From Cylindrospermum sp. FACHB-282 (GTDB taxonomy: Bacteria > Cyanobacteriota > Cyanobacteriia > Cyanobacteriales > Nostocaceae), in contig NZ_JACJRJ010000041.1 of assembly GCF_014697195.1 (NCBI RefSeq), positions 1 to 32,000 of the forward strand: a stretch of DNA of 32,000 bases. The letters are read 5' to 3'. Both the position numbers and the translations under genes were made by a program. This document shows positions 1-10,098 of this stretch, piece after piece (position 1 is the first letter of the stretch; every line of letters starts with the position of its first letter). Under the pieces are notes generated by a model. The model made no database searches. It was given only the letters and a program-made list of their open reading frames with translations, and had not been told where the DNA came from.

Positions 1-183
1 TCCGCACTGTTTGAACTACGTTCAAAAACATTTGAGAGGTTTTCGCAATTTCCCGCTATTCATCCCCACATAAGAGCGTACTCGCAAGGTGGGGACTTTC
101 GCGTTACGTTAAAAGGTAAAATTCAAATTGATTTATTTTCGAGTTGGTAATTCTTTTGTTAATTAACCCTAGCTTTTCCCACT

Positions 184-447
184 TCAGCCTTCAGCCTCAG
201 GGGTATCAGCTTGAAAGGGGTCTTCACCAATTTTAAGTTGCTTTTTCGTGCGTTTTAATTGCTTCCATAGGGCTTTTATTTCTTTATAAGCTTGATCTGG
301 CGGCAGTTTTCCACCCGTTTCTAAATTGCAGATGTAGCTGACTCGCTGGGCGAATTCCTGTAGATTGGCATTAAAAACCAAGTTCTCTGGCTTTATATGA
401 CCATAGTAGCGACCACGAGGATAGAGAAAATCGTCTTTGCTCACCAT
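184..447 (-). CDS. small conserved hypothetical protein (87 aa), function unknown
   Basis: Intact ATG-to-stop ORF with protein-like, soluble composition (DDFLYPRGRYYG...NANLQEFAQRVSYICNLETGGKL...). It has the look of a recurrent small cyanobacterial ORF, but I cannot assign a family. Confidence 0.55.
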   Translation of the reverse strand: MVSKDDFLYPRGRYYGHIKPENLVFNANLQEFAQRVSYICNLETGGKLPPDQAYKEIKALWKQLKRTKKQLKIGEDPFQADTPEAEG

Positions 448-1212
448 TTTTTCTCCATTTATTCAACCATTCCAAAAATGCTATCCAGAGCTAACATTTT
501 TTTCTTGCTTAAAGCTGGAAGCGTCGGCGCTATCCATTCCACAGCGTGACACGGTAGAAATTACCGCCTGTTGCAGACTAGTTGCTACAACTCTGGAAAC
601 CAGAGCAACACACTGGCTCAAATTGATAGAGGCATTTAAACCTCGATCAATTACTGTTGATTGTCCGTCATCGCTTTTTTGTCAGATCAGGATTAATCAA
701 GCGGTTCCACTCCCTTGGCGACTTGGTGATGGGGTAATTAGGTTGATTCTGATTTTGGCAAAAGATAATAAAGCTTAAAATTATTGAACAGCAAGCTTTG
801 CAAAGAAAGTTTATGCCAAATTTACAAAATATGTTACTTCACTATTATCTAAGTTACCAACATATTTGATCTTATTCCATGATTGAGGAAATTTGGATTT
901 TAATCAACTTCACCTGATAACGCCAGCTAAAAAGTATTAATAGATACCTTTTTCGGAATAAAAATTTGATGCCGATCAAACCTTGACAAAATTAACTGTG
1001 AAAAAATGTAGTTTTATGCAAAATTTAACCAGCGGCAAAGAACATCACCCTTGACCGCTGCTAAATGTTTAATTAGTATTAATTATTACTAATAAAACGC
1101 GGCAGATACGAGGCTAGTTATTTAAGGATTTTGCACTTCCCGCCATCTCTTATAAAATGGTTAAGCCGGAAACGACAAAATCTGCCCATCGACTAGGACA
1201 ATACCAGTCACC

Positions 1213-1950
1213 ATGTCTGTTAATTCCAAGCTATACGAAGGCAAAGCGAAAATTCTCTACACAACGGACGATCCCGAAGTCTTGTTGGCTGATTTCAAAG
1301 ACGATGCCACTGCATTTAACGCCCAAAAACGTGGCAGTATCAAGGAAAAGGGCATTATCAACTGTAGCATTTCCAGCAAGCTGTTTCAACAGTTAGAAGC
1401 TCACGGCATCAAGACTCACTTTATTGATAGCCCAGCCCCAAATCAAATGCGGGTGAGGGCGGTGAAGATTTTGCCGTTAGAAGTGGTTGTCAGAAATATT
1501 GCCGCTGGTAGTCTCTGTCAGCAGACAGGGCTGCCACTGGGTACCCTGCTCCAACCGCCTTTAGTAGAGTTTTATTACAAAAACGATCTCTTGGGAGATC
1601 CTCTACTGACACGCGATCGCCTGCTGCTGATGGCACTAGCCACTGCGGAACAAGTTGACACCATTACCCATCTTGCATTGCAAATCAACGATTTTCTCAT
1701 CGGCTTTTGGCAGCAGTGCGGCATTACCCTAGTAGACTTCAAACTAGAATTTGGTGTGGACTCACAACAACAGGTGCTGTTAGCAGATGAAATTAGCCCC
1801 GACACTTGCCGTCTATGGGACATAGCCGAAGAAGACCCTAACCGCCGGGTAATGGACAAAGACCGATTCCGCCGTGATCTAGGCAATGTAGAGAATGCCT
1901 ACCAGGAGGTATTACAACGAGTGTTAAAAGTAGTAGAAGCTACAAATTAA
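1213..1950 (+). CDS. purC: phosphoribosylaminoimidazole-succinocarboxamide synthase (SAICAR synthetase)
   Basis: 245-aa ORF. KLYEGKAKILYTTDDP...LLADFKDDATAFNAQK at the N-terminus and LADEISPDTCRLWD...DKDRFRRDLG near the C-terminus are classic short-form PurC signatures. Confidence 0.95.
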   Translation: MSVNSKLYEGKAKILYTTDDPEVLLADFKDDATAFNAQKRGSIKEKGIINCSISSKLFQQLEAHGIKTHFIDSPAPNQMRVRAVKILPLEVVVRNIAAGSLCQQTGLPLGTLLQPPLVEFYYKNDLLGDPLLTRDRLLLMALATAEQVDTITHLALQINDFLIGFWQQCGITLVDFKLEFGVDSQQQVLLADEISPDTCRLWDIAEEDPNRRVMDKDRFRRDLGNVENAYQEVLQRVLKVVEATN

Positions 1951-2095
1951 ACAGGTAAAAACTATAAAAAGTAAAAAGGATTTCTTGTGAATTTTGCCTT
2001 TTGGCTGACGCCTTGTAAAGTAAAAAGGCAAAAGTAAGAAACTATGTGTTTACTTTTATCTTTTGCCTGAGAGCATGATTGCCTTGTAATGGTGT

Positions 2096-4564
2096 GTGGT
2101 AGTGAAGAGGAATATAAATAAAATGCGTTTATCTCCCGGATGGATAGTAGCGGTAGCCATTGCAACCCCTTTGGGCGGCTCTCTGAGCGCAAATGCACAA
2201 ACCGCTAACAGTGTAAAGCAGACAAAAGAGGTTTTGACATTAGGAATAAATCAGCAGCAGGAAACAGATATTGCTCAAAGAGACTCTAGTGAAAGTGGAG
2301 AATCTCACCCCAAGCCAACTGAAGTACTTCTGGAGACACAGCCTCACCAGTCCCCAGTAGTCCAAGTCTTAACAGCCAAGGCCGCAGCACTAACAACAGC
2401 AGATGTCATCCTCCCAAATGCGATCGCCCCCATCACCCCAAATGCCAAGGCCGCAGTATTAACAACAGCAGATGTCATCCTCCCAAATGCGATCGCCCCC
2501 ATCACCCCAAATGCCAAGGCCGCAGTATTAACAACAGCAGATGTCATCCTCCCAAATGCGATCGCCCCCATCACCCCAAAGGATGTAATCGCGGCAAAAA
2601 CTGCACAAATTCCACAAAGCACCCCAAACTCCACCCCTCAACCAACGCCTCCCCCAGAGTCTCAAACCAATCCCACTCCAGAGGAAATCAATCCACCAAC
2701 AGCTCAACCTGTCTTCCCAGGGACTCCCGAAGCAGCTGAACCCCGCGTACTGGTGTCGGAAGTATTAGTCAAATCCGAAACTGGGCAAATCCCAACGGAA
2801 CTTGAAGACCAAGTCTACAAAGTAATTCGTACCCAACCAGGACAGACGACAACTCGCTCTCAACTACAAGAAGATATTAATGCCATCTTTGGTACAGGCT
2901 TTTTTGCCAACGTCCAAGCAGTGCCAGAAGATACTCCCTTGGGCGTGCGGGTGAGCTTTGTTGTACAGCCTAACCCAGTACTCACAAAGGTAGAGGTGCA
3001 GGCAAATCCAGGCACTGGCGTTACCTCCGTACTCCCTGCCAATACTGTAGATGAAATCTTTCGCGAGCAGTATGGCAAAATCCTCAACTTGCGTGACTTG
3101 CAGGAAGGGGTCAAGCAGTTAACCAAACGGTATCAAGACCAAGGTTATGTGCTGGCCAACGTGATTGGCGCACCGCAAGTCGCAGAGAATGGAGTTGTTA
3201 CCCTCAAAGTAGCAGAAGGGGTAGTGGAGAACATTAAAGTCCGGTTCCGCAATAAAGAAGGTCAGGAGACAGACGACAAGGGACAAGCGATTCGTGGTCA
3301 GACGCGGGAGTATATTATTAAGCGTGAATTGGAGTTAAAACCAGGACAAGTATTCAACCGCAACCTAGTACAAAAAGACTTACAGCGGGTATTTGGACTA
3401 GGACTGTTTGAAGATGTGAATGTCTCTCTCGATCCTGGTACTGACCCCAGCAAGGTGGATGTAGTAGTGAATGTGGCTGAACGCAGCAGCGGCTCTATCG
3501 CCGCAGGGGCAGGGATTAGTTCTTCTAGTGGACTGTTTGGTACTGTGAGCTATCAGCAGCAAAACTTAGGGGGAAGAAACCAAAAACTGGGAGCCGAGGT
3601 ACAAGTGGGACAACGGGAACTACTGTTTGACCTCCGGTTTACAGATCCATGGATAGCGGGAGACCCATACCGGACTTCTTATACAGCCAATGTTTTCCGC
3701 CGCCGTTCAATTTCTTTGATTTTTGATGGTAAAGATAATGACATTGAGACTTATAAAGTAGGTGAAACCGAAGGCGATCGCCCCCGTATTACCCGGCTCG
3801 GTGGTGGTATCACCTTTACCCGTCCCCTTTCCGCCAATCCCTACAAAGAATCTGAATGGACAGCTTCAGCAGGCTTGCAGTATCAACGAGTTTCAACCCG
3901 TGATGCCGATGGCAATATCAGAAAAGATGGGACAGTCTTCACAAATGGAGTACCTGGAGAACTCATTCCCCTGAGCCAATCGGGAAAAGGTGAAGATGAT
4001 TTGCTACTATTCCAATTTGGCGCACAGCGCGATCGCCGTAACAACCCCTTGCAACCAACCGGCGGTTCTTACCTCCGCTTGGGAGTCGATCAGTCCGTGC
4101 CCATAGGAACAGGTAATATTCTCCTCACTAGATTACGGGGTAACTACAGCCAATATTTCCCCGTAAAATTTCTCGGCAAAAAACCACAAACCCTAGCATT
4201 TAACTTGCAAGGGGGCACTGTCCTCGGTGATTTACCTCCCTACGAAGCCTTCACTATTGGTGGTAGCAATTCTGTCCGGGGCTATGAAGAAGGAGGATTA
4301 GGCAGTGGACGCAGTTATGTCCAAGCATCTGTTGAGTATCGCTTCCCTGTCTTCTCCGTAGTCAGCGGCGCACTGTTTTTTGATTTTGGTAGTGACCTGG
4401 GAACCACTACCAAAACAGCCCAGGTGCTGAACAAAAGCGGCAGTGGCTACGGCTATGGTTTAGGTGTGCGTATACAGTCCCCACTTGGGCCAATTCGCAT
4501 AGACTATGGACTCAACGACGATGGCGACAGCCGCATTAATTTTGGTATTGGTGAAAGGTTTTAA
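2096..4564 (+). CDS. omp85: Omp85/BamA-family outer-membrane protein assembly factor (Toc75-like), with a Pro-rich repeat-bearing N-terminal region, POTRA repeats and a C-terminal beta-barrel
   Basis: 822-aa ORF. A signal-peptide-like MRLSPGWIVAVAIATPLGGSLSANAQ begins at the ATG at 2123, which is probably the true start; 2096 is a GTG. The POTRA-like region includes VLVSEVLVKSETGQIP...INAIFGTGFFANVQAV and LKRELELKPGQVFNRNLVQKDLQRVFGLGLFEDVNV. The barrel ends in ...INFGIGERF with a terminal Phe. It sits directly upstream of lpxC, as in Anabaena alr2269 (from memory). Confidence 0.9.
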   Translation: MVVKRNINKMRLSPGWIVAVAIATPLGGSLSANAQTANSVKQTKEVLTLGINQQQETDIAQRDSSESGESHPKPTEVLLETQPHQSPVVQVLTAKAAALTTADVILPNAIAPITPNAKAAVLTTADVILPNAIAPITPNAKAAVLTTADVILPNAIAPITPKDVIAAKTAQIPQSTPNSTPQPTPPPESQTNPTPEEINPPTAQPVFPGTPEAAEPRVLVSEVLVKSETGQIPTELEDQVYKVIRTQPGQTTTRSQLQEDINAIFGTGFFANVQAVPEDTPLGVRVSFVVQPNPVLTKVEVQANPGTGVTSVLPANTVDEIFREQYGKILNLRDLQEGVKQLTKRYQDQGYVLANVIGAPQVAENGVVTLKVAEGVVENIKVRFRNKEGQETDDKGQAIRGQTREYIIKRELELKPGQVFNRNLVQKDLQRVFGLGLFEDVNVSLDPGTDPSKVDVVVNVAERSSGSIAAGAGISSSSGLFGTVSYQQQNLGGRNQKLGAEVQVGQRELLFDLRFTDPWIAGDPYRTSYTANVFRRRSISLIFDGKDNDIETYKVGETEGDRPRITRLGGGITFTRPLSANPYKESEWTASAGLQYQRVSTRDADGNIRKDGTVFTNGVPGELIPLSQSGKGEDDLLLFQFGAQRDRRNNPLQPTGGSYLRLGVDQSVPIGTGNILLTRLRGNYSQYFPVKFLGKKPQTLAFNLQGGTVLGDLPPYEAFTIGGSNSVRGYEEGGLGSGRSYVQASVEYRFPVFSVVSGALFFDFGSDLGTTTKTAQVLNKSGSGYGYGLGVRIQSPLGPIRIDYGLNDDGDSRINFGIGERF
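2375..2581 (+). repeat. 3 x 69-bp in-frame tandem repeat inside omp85 (23-aa unit AKAA[A/V]LTTADVILPNAIAPITPN)
   Basis: Units start at 2375, 2444 and 2513. Copies 2 and 3 are identical at nucleotide level, and copy 1 differs by 2 transitions. Each unit carries a HIP1 GCGATCGC site. Confidence 0.95.
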
Positions 4565-4585
4565 GTTAGTGATAAGTTAGAGCGC

Positions 4586-4613
4586 TTCTCTTCTCTTCTC
4601 TTCTCTTCTCTTC
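4586..4613. repeat. (TTCTC)n pentanucleotide microsatellite, about 5.6 copies
   Basis: Read directly: ttctc x5 + ttc, immediately downstream of the omp85 stop. Confidence 0.95.
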
Positions 4614-4676
4614 GAGACGCTCCGCGAACGAGACGCTCCGCCAACGAGACGCTCCGCGAACGAGACGCTCCGCCAA
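4613..4676. repeat. 4 x 16-nt tandem repeat CGAGACGCTCCGC[G/C]AA (equivalently 2 x 32 nt)
   Basis: Units at 4613, 4629, 4645 and 4661. Position 14 alternates G/C. The units are contiguous, so there are no spacers. Confidence 0.95.
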
Positions 4677-4954
4677 AGCTCTAGCCATACCCGTGGTACT
4701 AGGGATTGAGGCTTAGGCATTAGTGATTGGAGATCAATAATTCTCCATGATCATCCTTGTCCCCAGTAAAGAGTCCCCTAAGCTAAGTACTCTTGACTTT
4801 TGATGAATCTATTTTCCTATTGGCTTGCTAATTTTTACTTTTGCCCTAATACTATACCCATAAAGGGATTAGTGACATTTTTAGGGGTAGATCAGGGTTT
4901 TTACCAAAAACTGAACATGAACAATACTAACCTGAATATCTTGAATTTCCACCT

Positions 4955-5806
4955 ATGCAACAGCACACCCTAGCTGGGGAAATCACCCAAACAGGCGTGG
5001 GACTGCATAGCGGTGTGAGTACCCACGTAAGGATACTACCCGCTGAGGTGGGAAGTGGACGCTACTTTGTGCGGGTGGATTTGCCAGACTTGCCAATTAT
5101 TCCCGCCCAAGTCGCGGCGGTTAGTCAGACTGTTCTATCAACTCAGTTGGGTGAAGGTGAGATATGCGTTCGTACGGTGGAGCATTTATTGGCGGCCCTG
5201 GTGGGGATGGGTGTAGATAACGCCCGCATTGAAATCGATGGGCCAGAAGTGCCGCTTTTAGATGGTTCGGCAATGGTGTGGACAGTCAGCATCGCCCAAG
5301 TTGGCTTAGTATCACAACCAGTTACTGCCAACAAGGTACCTCTGGCTATTGAGCAGCCCTTATGGGTTTATCAAGGTGATGCTTTTGCCTGCGCCCTCCC
5401 AGCACCAGAAACCCGCTTTAGCTATGGCATTGACTTTGAGTTATCCGCTATTGGTAATCAATGGCATAGTTGGTCAATAGCTAGGGATTTAGAAAATACC
5501 TCTACTAGCTTTGCTGCGGAAATTGCTCCCGCCCGTACTTTTGGGTTGCTGCACCAAATTGAATATCTGCAACAATCAGGATTAATTAAAGGTGGCAGCT
5601 TGGATAATGCACTCATTTGTGGAACTGAAGGTTGGTTAAATCCGCCATTAAGATTTGCAAATGAGCCAGTACGTCATAAAATCTTGGATTTAGTAGGAGA
5701 TTTGAGTTTATTGGGAAATTTTCCCCTAGCTCATTTCATCATGTATAAGGCTAGTCACAATTTACACATTCAACTAGCCAAGAAAATTTTAGATTTGAGA
5801 TTGTAG
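4955..5806 (+). CDS. lpxC: UDP-3-O-acyl-N-acetylglucosamine deacetylase
   Basis: 283-aa ORF with [35 protein letters not shown] and [14 protein letters not shown] motifs. It lies in the omp85-lpxC-fabZ-lpxA-lpxB context. Confidence 0.93.
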   Translation: MQQHTLAGEITQTGVGLHSGVSTHVRILPAEVGSGRYFVRVDLPDLPIIPAQVAAVSQTVLSTQLGEGEICVRTVEHLLAALVGMGVDNARIEIDGPEVPLLDGSAMVWTVSIAQVGLVSQPVTANKVPLAIEQPLWVYQGDAFACALPAPETRFSYGIDFELSAIGNQWHSWSIARDLENTSTSFAAEIAPARTFGLLHQIEYLQQSGLIKGGSLDNALICGTEGWLNPPLRFANEPVRHKILDLVGDLSLLGNFPLAHFIMYKASHNLHIQLAKKILDLRL

Positions 5807-5886
5807 ATCCCAATCTAAAACCTCGAATTCAATATGGCAACTGCCAGCCTACTTAATTTCCAGATTGCAAATCAACTACACTACCA

Positions 5887-6414
5887 ATGTCAATTTCCAC
5901 TGCTAATTCCATCGACGAGACCATACCAGCATCTACGACACTTCAGGAAAATAATGAAAATACGCCTATATCTGAGATTAAAACGACTTTTACATCTGAA
6001 GAAATTCAGCAGATCTTACCCCACCGTTACCCTTTTTTACTTGTAGACCGAGTTATTGACTACGTACCCGGTAAACGAGCAGTGGGCATTAAAAATGTTA
6101 CATTCAATGAACCCCATTTTCAAGGGCATTTTCCAGGACGCCCATTAATGCCAGGAGTGCTAATTGTCGAAGCGATGGCACAAGTCGGGGGTATTGTCAT
6201 GAAACAAATACCCACTGCTGAAAGCGGACTATTCGTTTTTGCTGGGATCGATAAAGTCCGTTTCCGTCGCCAAGTAGTACCAGGAGATCAGCTAGTGATG
6301 ACCGTGGAACTGTTGTGGATAAAACAACGTCGTTTCAGTAAAATTCGAGCTATGGCAGAAGTTGATGGTCAACTAGCTGCTGAAGGCGAACTCATGTTTT
6401 CTCTAGTTAGCTAA
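5887..6414 (+). CDS. fabZ: 3-hydroxyacyl-[ACP] dehydratase
   Basis: [13 protein letters not shown] and [25 protein letters not shown] hot-dog fold signatures. There is an N-terminal extension of about 40 aa before the conserved core. Confidence 0.95.
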   Translation: MSISTANSIDETIPASTTLQENNENTPISEIKTTFTSEEIQQILPHRYPFLLVDRVIDYVPGKRAVGIKNVTFNEPHFQGHFPGRPLMPGVLIVEAMAQVGGIVMKQIPTAESGLFVFAGIDKVRFRRQVVPGDQLVMTVELLWIKQRRFSKIRAMAEVDGQLAAEGELMFSLVS

Positions 6415-6615
6415 TAATTTGCTTGCATGGTGTGGGCATAACCGTGAAGTGCCCTAACTGATTTTTGCCAAAAGCTGGCAGCAAAATCAACAAGCCATAG
6501 TAGCATTTGATAATTTATTGATTTTCGACGCCCTCACACGCTCACTTACTTTGCCCGACACTTTCGGACACTGAATATTTAATACACAGCAACGCCAGTT
6601 GCCTTAACTCACGCC

Positions 6616-7479
6616 ATGAGGGCGGCGCTGGTTCCTCAAGACAGTTCTGGAGATTCACCCTTGAAGACGCTTATTCATCCAACTGCTGTAATTCATCCTA
6701 ACTCGGAAGTCCACCCAACAGTGCAAATCGGTGCCTATGCTGTGATTGGAGCGCATGTCAAAGTCGGCTCTGAAACTGTAATTGGTGCCCATGTCGTGCT
6801 AGAAGGACCGTGTGAGATTGGGGCGCGAAATCAGATTTTTCCGGGAGCAGCTATCGGCATGGAACCCCAGGATCTAAAATATGTGGGAGAACCAACCTGG
6901 GTCAAAATTGGTAACAATAATTTGATTCGTGAGTACGTTACCATTAACCGCGCCACCGGGGGCGGTGAAGCGACTGTAATTGGTAATGGTAACTTGCTGA
7001 TGGCTTATGTCCATGTGGGTCATAACTGTGTGATTGAGGACTCTGTGGTGATTGCCAACTCTGTGGCGTTGGCGGGTCATGTTCACATAGAGTCACGCGC
7101 TAGGCTGAGTGGGGTTTTAGGTGTGCATCAATTTGTGCATATCGGTGGTATGGCAATGGTGGGAGGTATGGCTCGCATTGACCGAGATGTACCCCCATAT
7201 ATGCTAGTGGAGGGAAATCCAGCGCTGATACGAACCCTCAACTTAGTGGGACTCAAACGCTCTGGTATGAACTCAGGAGACTTCCAAATCCTGAAAAAAG
7301 CTTTCCGCATCCTCTACCGCTCTAACTTAACTTTTAAGGAAGCCTTGGAAGAACTGGAACAGCTAGGGGATACCGCAGAATTGCAGCATCTACGTCGCTT
7401 TTTGCTACTTTCTCAAATGCCAGGAAGGCGTGGTTTGGTTCCCGGAAAGGGGAAAAAGGGTGTAAGTTATGAATCTTGA
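6616..7479 (+). CDS. lpxA: acyl-[ACP]--UDP-N-acetylglucosamine O-acyltransferase
   Basis: Left-handed beta-helix hexapeptide repeats (IHPTAVIHPNSEVHPTVQIGAYAVIGAHVKVG...) plus the C-terminal helical domain (NLVGLKRSG...FKEALEEL). The start is uncertain; the conserved core begins near LKTLIHPTA, around 6661. Confidence 0.92.
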   Translation: MRAALVPQDSSGDSPLKTLIHPTAVIHPNSEVHPTVQIGAYAVIGAHVKVGSETVIGAHVVLEGPCEIGARNQIFPGAAIGMEPQDLKYVGEPTWVKIGNNNLIREYVTINRATGGGEATVIGNGNLLMAYVHVGHNCVIEDSVVIANSVALAGHVHIESRARLSGVLGVHQFVHIGGMAMVGGMARIDRDVPPYMLVEGNPALIRTLNLVGLKRSGMNSGDFQILKKAFRILYRSNLTFKEALEELEQLGDTAELQHLRRFLLLSQMPGRRGLVPGKGKKGVSYES

Positions 7480-7554
7480 CTGATGAATGATGAATTAATT
7501 TGCGATTCTTCATTCGTCGTTACCTAGTTCTTATGCCCTATTTTCTGTGAGTAA

Positions 7555-8715
7555 ATGCGGATATTTATCAGTACTGGCGAAGTTTCTGGCGATTTGCAAG
7601 GGTCGCTACTAATTACAGCACTACAGCGTCAAGCTGTAGTTGCTGGATTGGAGTTAGAAATTGTGGCTCTGGGTGGTGACAAAATGGCAGAGGCCGGGGC
7701 AACTATTCTGGGCCATACTAGTGGTATTGGTTCAATGGGTCTGATTGAATCCCTACCTTATGTTTTGCCGACTCTCCAGGTACAACGAGTGGCGATCGCA
7801 TCCCTGAAGCAAAATCCCCCTGATTTGGTGGTACTAATTGACTATATGGGGCCAAATATCGGTATTGGTAACTATATGCGCCGGCATTTGCCCCAAGTGC
7901 CTGTAGTTTATTACATCGCTCCCCAAGAGTGGGTGTGGTCGATGAATGTGGATAACACCACGCGGATTGTCAATTTTACCGACAAGCTGTTGGCCATCTT
8001 TCCGGAAGAAGCCCGTTATTATCAAAAAAATGGCGCTAAAGTTAGTTGGGTGGGACATCCTCTTGTAGACCGGATGGAGAAGGCTCCCAGTCGTACATCC
8101 GCCCGCGCTAAATTGGGAATTGAGCCAGACCAAATGGCGATCGCACTTTTGCCCGCTTCTCGCCACCAAGAAATAAAATATTTATTACCAGTAATTTTCC
8201 AAGCCGCCCAAACTATTCAAAGTAAATTACCTGAAGTTCATTTTTGGATTCCTCTATCTTTAGAAATCTACAGACAGCCAATTGAAGCGGCAATCAAGCA
8301 TTACGGCCTACGAGCTACTGTGATATTAGCTCAACAACAAGAAGTTTTTGCCGCCGTTGATTTCGCCATTACTAAATCTGGTACTGTTAACTTAGAACTA
8401 GCTCTGTTCAATGTGCCCCAAGTTGTTGTTTACCGCCTCAGCCCAATTACTGCTTGGCTTGCCCGTAAAATTCTCAAAGGTTCTATTCCCTTCGCCTCAC
8501 CACCCAATTTAGTACTGATGAAGCCGATTGTGCCAGAGTTCTTACAAGAGCAAGCCACACCAGAAAATATTACCCAAGCGGTGATGGAATTGTTACTCAA
8601 TCCCAGTCGTAGAGCGCAAACTTTGGCAGATTATCAGGAAATGCGGCAGTGTTTGGGAGAAGTAGGAGTATGCGATCGCGCCGCCCAAGAAATTCTGCAA
8701 ATGCTACCAGTTTAG
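7555..8715 (+). CDS. lpxB: lipid-A-disaccharide synthase
   Basis: 386-aa ORF with RIFISTGEVSGDLQGS at the N-terminus and YYIAPQEWVWS. It is last in the lpx cluster. Confidence 0.92.
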   Translation: MRIFISTGEVSGDLQGSLLITALQRQAVVAGLELEIVALGGDKMAEAGATILGHTSGIGSMGLIESLPYVLPTLQVQRVAIASLKQNPPDLVVLIDYMGPNIGIGNYMRRHLPQVPVVYYIAPQEWVWSMNVDNTTRIVNFTDKLLAIFPEEARYYQKNGAKVSWVGHPLVDRMEKAPSRTSARAKLGIEPDQMAIALLPASRHQEIKYLLPVIFQAAQTIQSKLPEVHFWIPLSLEIYRQPIEAAIKHYGLRATVILAQQQEVFAAVDFAITKSGTVNLELALFNVPQVVVYRLSPITAWLARKILKGSIPFASPPNLVLMKPIVPEFLQEQATPENITQAVMELLLNPSRRAQTLADYQEMRQCLGEVGVCDRAAQEILQMLPV

Positions 8716-8772
8716 AAGTTTCAACTTTGCAGTTGCGGGTGATTCGTTACAATTGAGAATTAGTTTAGAAAT

Positions 8773-10098
8773 ATGAAAAAACAACGGCCGATTGCAGTTG
8801 ATTTGTTCGCGGGTGCAGGTGGAATGACCCTGGGCTTTGAACAAGCCGGTTTTGATGTGCTTGCATCTGTAGAAATAGATCCAATTCATTGTGCAATTCA
8901 CGAATTTAATTTTCCCTTTTGGACAGTTTTGTGTAAAAGCGTTGAGGAGACAACAGGGGTAGAAATTAGGAATAAGTCTAAGATTGGTAATAGTGACATT
9001 GATGTAGTATTTGGTGGCCCACCATGCCAAGGTTTTTCATTAATAGGTAAACGCTCTTTTGATGACCCCAGAAACTCTCTAGTTTTTCATTTTATTAGGT
9101 TAGTTTTGGAATTACAACCAAAGACATTTGTTTTGGAAAATGTCAAAGGAATGACCATAGGAAAGCATAAAGCATTTATAGCAGAAATCCTCAATATCTT
9201 TGAGCAAAATGGTTATAAATCACATAGCACTTATCAGGTGTTAAATGCTGCTGAATATGGAGTTCCACAGAATCGTGAGAGATTATTTTTAATCGGTTGC
9301 CGCCATGATCAGCAACTATCAAATTATCCAAATCCTATAACGAAAATAGCAAAATCAAATAAATCATTTACGCCTAATCAACTTCCATCAACTCCCACAG
9401 TCTGGGATGCTATTAAAGACCTTCCTGAAGTAGAAGATTATCTAGAACTCTATAAACAAGATTGGGTATTTGCAGATTTTGGAAAACCCAGTGATTACGC
9501 CAAAAAGCTCCGTGATTTTTGCACTACAGACAATAACTATTCATATCAACGTAGATATGATTCTACAATGCTCACATCAAGTTTAAGAACAAAACATTCT
9601 CTAGAATCCGTCAAAAGGTTCGAGTCTACCCCACATGGTAAAACAGAATCAATAAGTCGTTTCTATAAACTTGACCCTGAAGGTATATGCAATACACTAA
9701 GAGCGGGAACTGCTAGTAATAGAGGAGCATACACTTCTCCTAGACCAATACATCCACATACACCAAGATGTATCACCGTCAGGGAAGCTGCACGCTTACA
9801 TTCTTATCCTGACTGGTTCAGATTCCATGTAACAAAATGGCATGGTTTCCGCCAAATAGGAAACTCTGTTCCACCCCTTTTAGCTAAAGCAGTAGCATCA
9901 GAGATTCTCAAATCTCTAGATATTATTCCACATAAACCTATAGCTACACAAGATTTAGGAAATAGTAGTTTTCTGAAATTTGGTATGTCAGAAGCAGCTA
10001 AATGTTTTGGTGTAAATCCCCATGTAATTGCACCCCGAATAAGACAGCCAAGTATTAAACAAAACCATCAGCATCAACAGGTAAGCATTAATGAGTAA
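8773..10098 (+). CDS. DNA (cytosine-5)-methyltransferase (type II R-M-type Dcm family)
   Basis: All canonical m5C-MTase motifs are present in order: I DLFAGAGGMTLGFEQAGF, IV GGPPCQGFSLIGKR, VI ENVKGM, VIII QNRERLFLIG, a long variable TRD, IX TVREAARLHSYPDWF, X GNSVPPLLAKAV. Confidence 0.93.
   Translation: MKKQRPIAVDLFAGAGGMTLGFEQAGFDVLASVEIDPIHCAIHEFNFPFWTVLCKSVEETTGVEIRNKSKIGNSDIDVVFGGPPCQGFSLIGKRSFDDPRNSLVFHFIRLVLELQPKTFVLENVKGMTIGKHKAFIAEILNIFEQNGYKSHSTYQVLNAAEYGVPQNRERLFLIGCRHDQQLSNYPNPITKIAKSNKSFTPNQLPSTPTVWDAIKDLPEVEDYLELYKQDWVFADFGKPSDYAKKLRDFCTTDNNYSYQRRYDSTMLTSSLRTKHSLESVKRFESTPHGKTESISRFYKLDPEGICNTLRAGTASNRGAYTSPRPIHPHTPRCITVREAARLHSYPDWFRFHVTKWHGFRQIGNSVPPLLAKAVASEILKSLDIIPHKPIATQDLGNSSFLKFGMSEAAKCFGVNPHVIAPRIRQPSIKQNHQHQQVSINE

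Noticed and set aside
1-183. Short hairpins (TTGAACTACGTTCAA; CCCCAC...GTGGGG) at the window edge; I considered a CRISPR repeat, a group II intron end or an ncRNA
   Set aside because: There is no repetition of a unit and no match to domain V or known repeat consensus that I can recall. It is truncated by the window edge and cannot be interpreted.
437-778. 113-aa plus-strand ORF
   Set aside because: Cys/Leu/Arg-rich odd composition, overlaps the start of the 184-447 minus-strand gene, and has no recognisable motif. It is probably the non-coding upstream region of that gene.
1157-1396. 79-aa ORF overlapping the purC start in another frame
   Set aside because: The purC frame is unambiguous; this is an out-of-frame artefact.
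2344-2634. 96-aa minus-strand ORF with internal repeats
   Set aside because: It is the antisense reading of the omp85 69-bp tandem repeat.
4613-4676. Tandem 16-mers considered as a mini-CRISPR
   Set aside because: The units are contiguous with no spacers, are too short, and no cas genes are present.
5834-6046. 70-aa ORF overlapping the fabZ 5' end
   Set aside because: Alternative frame of fabZ with Lys/Leu/Arg-rich low-complexity sequence.
8704-9030. 108-aa minus-strand ORF
   Set aside because: Antisense to the motif-perfect m5C MTase gene.
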